Shown in pieces: positions 56,901 to 62,900 of a stretch of 64,000 bases of DNA. The notes beneath the pieces were generated by a model. That model was not told the DNA's origin and did not search any database. It saw only the letters and a program-made list of their open reading frames with translations. The first letter of the stretch is position 1. Every line of letters starts with the position of its first letter. Made by a program: the position numbers and the translations under genes. The stretch is from Candidatus Latescibacterota bacterium (lineage in GTDB: Bacteria; Latescibacterota; UBA2968): NCBI GenBank assembly GCA_965204375.1, contig OZ241986.1, positions 2,304,001 to 2,368,000 on the forward strand, read 5' to 3'.

Positions 56901-59900
56901 GATATTCACCGTGAGGCTCAAGGTCGCGTCGCTGTCGGTCTCTGTGTGGCTATATGTGGTTTCGTCCCAACTGACACTGACATCGCGGCAGGTCTGACCT
57001 CTGTAGGTCCCGATTTCCCCCACCCAGTTCCGGAACTCGGTGTCTGCAGGTACACACAGCCCGGCGTTCCCTCTGATTCTCAGAATATTGAGGCTCAGTG
57101 CCGTGAACGCCCGGGGAAGTGGGCCCGTCAACTCGTTGGCGGAGAGATCCAGGCTCAGCAGATTGGACAGGTCGCTCAGTTCTGTTGGAATCGTCCCCGA
57201 CAAAGCGTTGCGGGCGAGATTCAGGCTCGTCAACTTGGACAGGCTACCCAGCTCTGATGGAATTGACCCCGACAAAGCGTTGCCGTGGAGACTCAGGCTC
57301 GTCAGATTGGACAGATCGCCCAACTCTGATGGAATCGTCCCCGACAAAGCGTTGTTGGAGAGATCCAGGCTCGTCAGATTGGACAAGCTACCCAACTCTG
57401 TTGGAATCGTCCCCATCAAATTGTTGTTGGAGAGCCGGATTGTGGTGACCCGATTGTCCCGTGAAACCTGGACGCCTTCCCAGTCGCTGATGGGTTTACC
57501 TTCATCCTTCCAGTTGGTGTTTCTATGCCAGTTCGCTCCACCGGTCGCATCGTAAAGCGCGATCAGCGCAGCCCGGTCAGGGGACGCATCATCATCCTCT
57601 ATCGTGACCGTCACACTGGCTGAACCCACAGTGTAGGGGGCATCGGCAATGGCCGAAAGGGCGAGAATGAAGACCTCTTCAAGCTCGTAGATGTTGTCAC
57701 CCTTGATCGTGACGTCAAAAGTGGTGCTCTCAGTGTTTGCAGGCAACACGAGGGACGTGCTGGAAACTGTGTAATCGCTCGTGCTGATAGCGTGGTTGAC
57801 GCCCGTCTGCGTGCTCTGCCCAGCACTCACGTTGACCGTACTGGCCTCGGTCAGTGCCGGCCTGATATTCACCGTGAGGCTCAAGGTCGCGTCGTTGTCG
57901 GTCTCTGTGTGGCTATATGTGGTTTCGTCCCAACTGACATCGCGGCAGGTCTGACCGCTGTAGGTCAGGATTTCCCCCACCCAGTCCCGGAACTCCATGT
58001 CTGTAGGTACACACAACCCGGCGTTCGAGTTGATATCCAGATTAATAATGAGGTCCAATTTCGTGAACGCCCGGGGAAGTGGGTCCGTCAATTCGTTGTT
58101 GGAGAGAAAGAGGCTCCGCAGCTTGGACAGATTGCCCAATTCTGATGGAATTGACCCCGACAAAGCGTTGTTGGAGAGACCCAGGTGCCGCAGCTCGGAC
58201 AGGTTGCCCAATTCTGATGGAATTGACCCCGACAAAGCGTTGTTGGAGAGATTCAGGTACGTCAGCTTGGACAGGTTGCCCAATTCTGATGGAATTGACC
58301 CCGACAAATTGTTCTTGTTGAGTTCCAGGTACGTCAGCTCGGACAGGCTGCCCAACTCTGATGGAATCGTTCCTCTCAAATTGTTGCTGGAGAGAAAGAG
58401 GTTGGTGACCCGATTTTGTGAAACGGTGACGCCATACCAGTCGTTGATGGGTTTACTATCATCCTTCCAGTTGGTGTTATTCGACCAGTTTGCTCCACCG
58501 GTCGCATCGTAAAGCGCGATCAGCGCCGCCCGGTCAGGGGACGCATCGTCATCCACGATCGTCAGCGTTGATGACACGACACTCAGCCCCGACGCACTGC
58601 CACTCACTGAAACGGTCTCATTTCTTTCAAAAGACGAATCGTTTGTCGGCGTGATCGTGAACGTCCCTGTCCCACTCGTCTGACCCGCAGCAATTGTCAC
58701 CGTGACATCTGACACGGCACCATAGTCCGTACCCTCCGTTGCACTGTCACCGGTAGCCCCTATCGAGACTATTACCGTCGTCGCCACCGTCCGCGCATCT
58801 GCATTCATCGTCGTTGTCACCGTGACCGTCGTCGCGCCGTCACCCTCACCCACTGACGATGGAGACACCGTCAAAGACACCGAACTGGAAGCCGTCTGGG
58901 CTTCTATCCGCTTCGTATCGTCATCCTTGATCGTCAGCGACATTATGTTCACCAGCAGACCCGGCGTCGAACCCGTCACCGTAACTGTCTCATCCCTTTC
59001 TGCAAACGAATCATCCACTGGCGTCAGCGTGAACGTCCCTGTTCCACTCTGCTGCCCCGCAGGAATCGTCACCGTGACATCTGACACCGCTCCGTAGTCC
59101 GCTGGCGAAGTCGCTGTCCCATCACCCACACTCACCGTCACTGCCGTGCTCTCATTCAGTGTCGTGCTCCCATCTATCGTCGCTGTCACCGTCACTGTCG
59201 TCGCGCCGTCACCCTCACCCACTATCGCAGGGGACAAAGACAGACGAACACTCGTCGGTGCGGTGTCATTGTCTGTGATTGTACCCGTCGCTTCAAGCGT
59301 CGTCGCGCCACCTGAAAGCGTCGCATTCACCGCATTGCTCAGCTTCACCTTAAATGTCTCATTACCCTCAGCTATGTTATCATCACTGATCGTCACACTC
59401 ACGGTCTTGCTCAACGCATCCCCAGCACTAAACGTCACGCGACCATCCGTCACTGCTGTATAGTCCTTGTCCGCCTCTGCTGTCCCATCCGCTGTCACCC
59501 AACTCACCGTCACGGCCTCACTACTCGCTACACTCAAACTCACCGTGAACGTCAGCGTACCGGCGTCCTCAACAGCACTCCCATTTTCTATACTCAGCAC
59601 GGGCACTATTGTCTCACTGATGCTCACCACCACGCTCTCAGCCATCTCACCACTATAGTCACCTGTGCTACTGACACTGTGCGTAATCGTCACTTGATCA
59701 TCCACCACGGCATCATCGTCCGTAGCCGCGCTCACCGTCACGGTCTGTGCGGTGTTCCAGTTATCCCCTGTAAATGTCAGACTCGCCGGACTCGCCGACA
59801 CATCCGTCCCTGTCGGCACGCTCACTCCAACTGTCACAGACGCTGTCGGCTCAGAGGTCAGCTTCAGTGTGTAGGTCTGCGTGCTCCCCTCATCCACCGT

Positions 59901-62900
59901 CAGACTGGTCGGAGCAACCAACACATTAGGCGTCTCGTCATCCGTTACAGATACCGCCACCTGATCCGCTGTGGTTACAGAACCATAACCACTTACCTCA
60001 TGGCTGATCGTCGCACTGCCATTCTCTGCATCATCGTCCTGAACCCCACTCACTGTTACCGTCTGTGCCTCATGCCAGTTGTCCGCTGTAAACGTCACAG
60101 ACATTGGGGACACTGTCGCAACACTTATCGCACCACTGCTCACCGTTACCGTCACATCGCCATCAGGCTGGCTGCTCAGCTTCAGCGTGTATGTACCAGT
60201 GTTGCCCTCACTCACCGTCAGACTCGTCGGAGCAACCAACACACCCGCCATGTCGTCATCCGTAATCGTCAACTCTATACCCGTCACTGTCAGACCCGAC
60301 GTGCTACCACTCACAGAAACTGTCTCATTCCCCTCCGAAACCGAATCATCCATTGGCGTCAGCGTGAACGTTCCTGTCCCACTCGTCTGACCCGCAGGAA
60401 TCGTCACACTGAAGTCATTCACCGCTCCGTAGTCCTCCGGCGAAGTCGCTGTCCCATCACCCACGCTCACCGTCACTGTCGTGCTCCCATTCAGTGTCGT
60501 ACTTCCATCTATCGTCGCTGTCACGGAAACCGTCGTTGCGCCATCACCCTCACCAACCACCGCAGGTGACAAAGACAGACGAACACCCGTCGGTGCTGCA
60601 TCGTCATCCGTGATTGTCCCGGTCGCTTCAAGCGTCGTCGCGCCACCTGAAAGCGTCGCATTCACCGCATTGCTCAGCCTCACCTTAAATGTCTCGTTAC
60701 CCTCAGCTATATTATCATCACTGATCGTCACACTCACGGTCTTGCTCAACGCATCCCCAGCACTGAACGTCACGCGACCATCCGTCACTGCTGTATAGTC
60801 CTTGCCTGCCTCTGCTGTTCCATCCTCAGTCGCCCATGTCACTGTCACTGCCTCTCTACTCGCCACACTCAAACCCACCGTGAACGTCAGCGTACCGGCG
60901 TCCTCAACAGCACTCCCATTTTCTATATTCAGCACGGGCACGGTTGTCTCACTGATGCTCACCACCACGCTCTCAGCCATCTCACCACTATAGTCACCTG
61001 TGCTACTGACACTGTGCGTAATCGTCACCTGATCATCCACCACGGCATCATCGTCCGTAGCCGCACGCACCGTCACCGTCTGTGCCTCGTTCCAATTATC
61101 TGCTGTGAATGTCAGACTCGTCGGACTTGCCGACACATCTGTCCCTGTCGGCACTGTCACTTCAACTGTCACAGACGCTGTCGGCTCAGAGTTCAGTTTC
61201 ACAGTGTATATGCCAGTGTTCCCCTCATCCACCGTCAGGCTGGTCGGAACAACCAAAACGCCAAGCGCCTCGTCATCCGTTACAGATACCGCCACCTGAT
61301 CCGCTGTGGTTACAGAACCATAACCACTTACCTCATGGCTGATCGTCGCACTGCCATTCTCTGCATCATCGTCCTGAACCCCACTCACTGTTACCGTCTG
61401 TGCCTCATGCCAGTTGTCCGCTGTAAACGTCACAGAACCTGGGGATATTGTCGCAACATCTATCGCACCACTGCTCACCGTTACCGTCACATCGCCACCC
61501 GGCTGACTGCTCAGTTTCAAGGTGTAGGTCTGCGTTGCACCCTCATCCACCGTCAGGTTGGTCGGATTGACAACCACACCAGTCGTCTCGTCATCGGTGA
61601 CAGATACCGCCACAGGATCCGCTGTGGTCACGCTGCCATAACCACTCACCTCATGACTGATCGTAGCACTGCCATTATCCGCATCATCGTCCTGAACGCC
61701 AGCCACTGTCACCGTCTGCGCATCCTTCCAATTGTCCGGCGTGAATGTCAAAGACTCTGGGGATACTGTGGCTACACTTGCAGCACCACTACTCGCACGC
61801 ACCGTCACATCGCCACCTGGCTGACTGCTCAGTTTCAACGTGTACGTACCAGTGCTCCCCTCACCCACCGTCAAGCTGGTCGGAGCAACCAACACACCTG
61901 CCATGTCGTCATCCGTAATCATCAGCGATGTTCCATTCACCGTCAGACCTGACGTGCTACCACTCACCGAAACTGTCTCATTCTCCTCCGAAACCGAATC
62001 ATCACTCGGACTAATCGTAAACGTACCGCTACCACTTGACGAATTAGCTGCTATCGTCACCGTCACATCAGACACTGTGCCATAGTCTGTACCCTCCGTC
62101 GCACTGTCGCCCACATCACCCACAGACACCGTTACCGTCGTCGCGCCTACCAGTGTCGTACTTCCATCTATCGTCGCTGTCACGGAAACCGTCGTTGCGC
62201 CATCACCCTCACCAACCATATCAGGAGACACAGACAGACGAACACCCGTCGGTGCTGCATCGTCATCCGTGATTGTCCCGGTCGCTTCAAGCGTTGTCTC
62301 ACCACCGCTCAGCGTCGCATTCACTGCATTACTCAGCCTCACCTTAAATGTCTCGTTACCCTCAGCTATATTATCATCACTGATCGTCACACTCACGGTC
62401 TTGCTCAACGCATCCCCAGCACTAAACGTCACGCGACCATCCGTCACTGCTGTATAGTCCTTGCCTGCCTCTGCTGTTCCATCCGCTGTCACCCAACTCA
62501 CCGTCACTGCCTCTCTACTTGCCACACTCAAACCCACTGTGAAACTCAGCGTCCCTGCACCCTCAGCAGCACTCGCATTACCGATGCTCAGCACGGGCAC
62601 TATTGTCTCACTGATGCTCACCACCACACTCTCAGCCATCTCACCACTATAGTCACCTGTGCTACTGACACTGTGCGTAATCCTCACCTGATCATCCACC
62701 ACGGCATCATCGTCCGTAGCCGCGCTCACCGTCACGGTCTGTGCGGTGTTCCAGTTATCTGCTGTGAATGTCAGACTCGTCGGACTTGCCGACACATCCG
62801 TCCCTGTCGGCACGCTCACTCCAACTGTCACAGACGCTGTCGGCTCAGAGTTCAGTTTCACAGTGTATATGCCAGTGTTCCCCTCATCCACCGTCAGGCT

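Noticed and set aside
55950-58545. 72-bp periodic repeats with variable cores resembling a CRISPR array
   Set aside because: They are in-frame LRR coding units; the variable parts are a few codons rather than unique spacers, and no cas genes are present.
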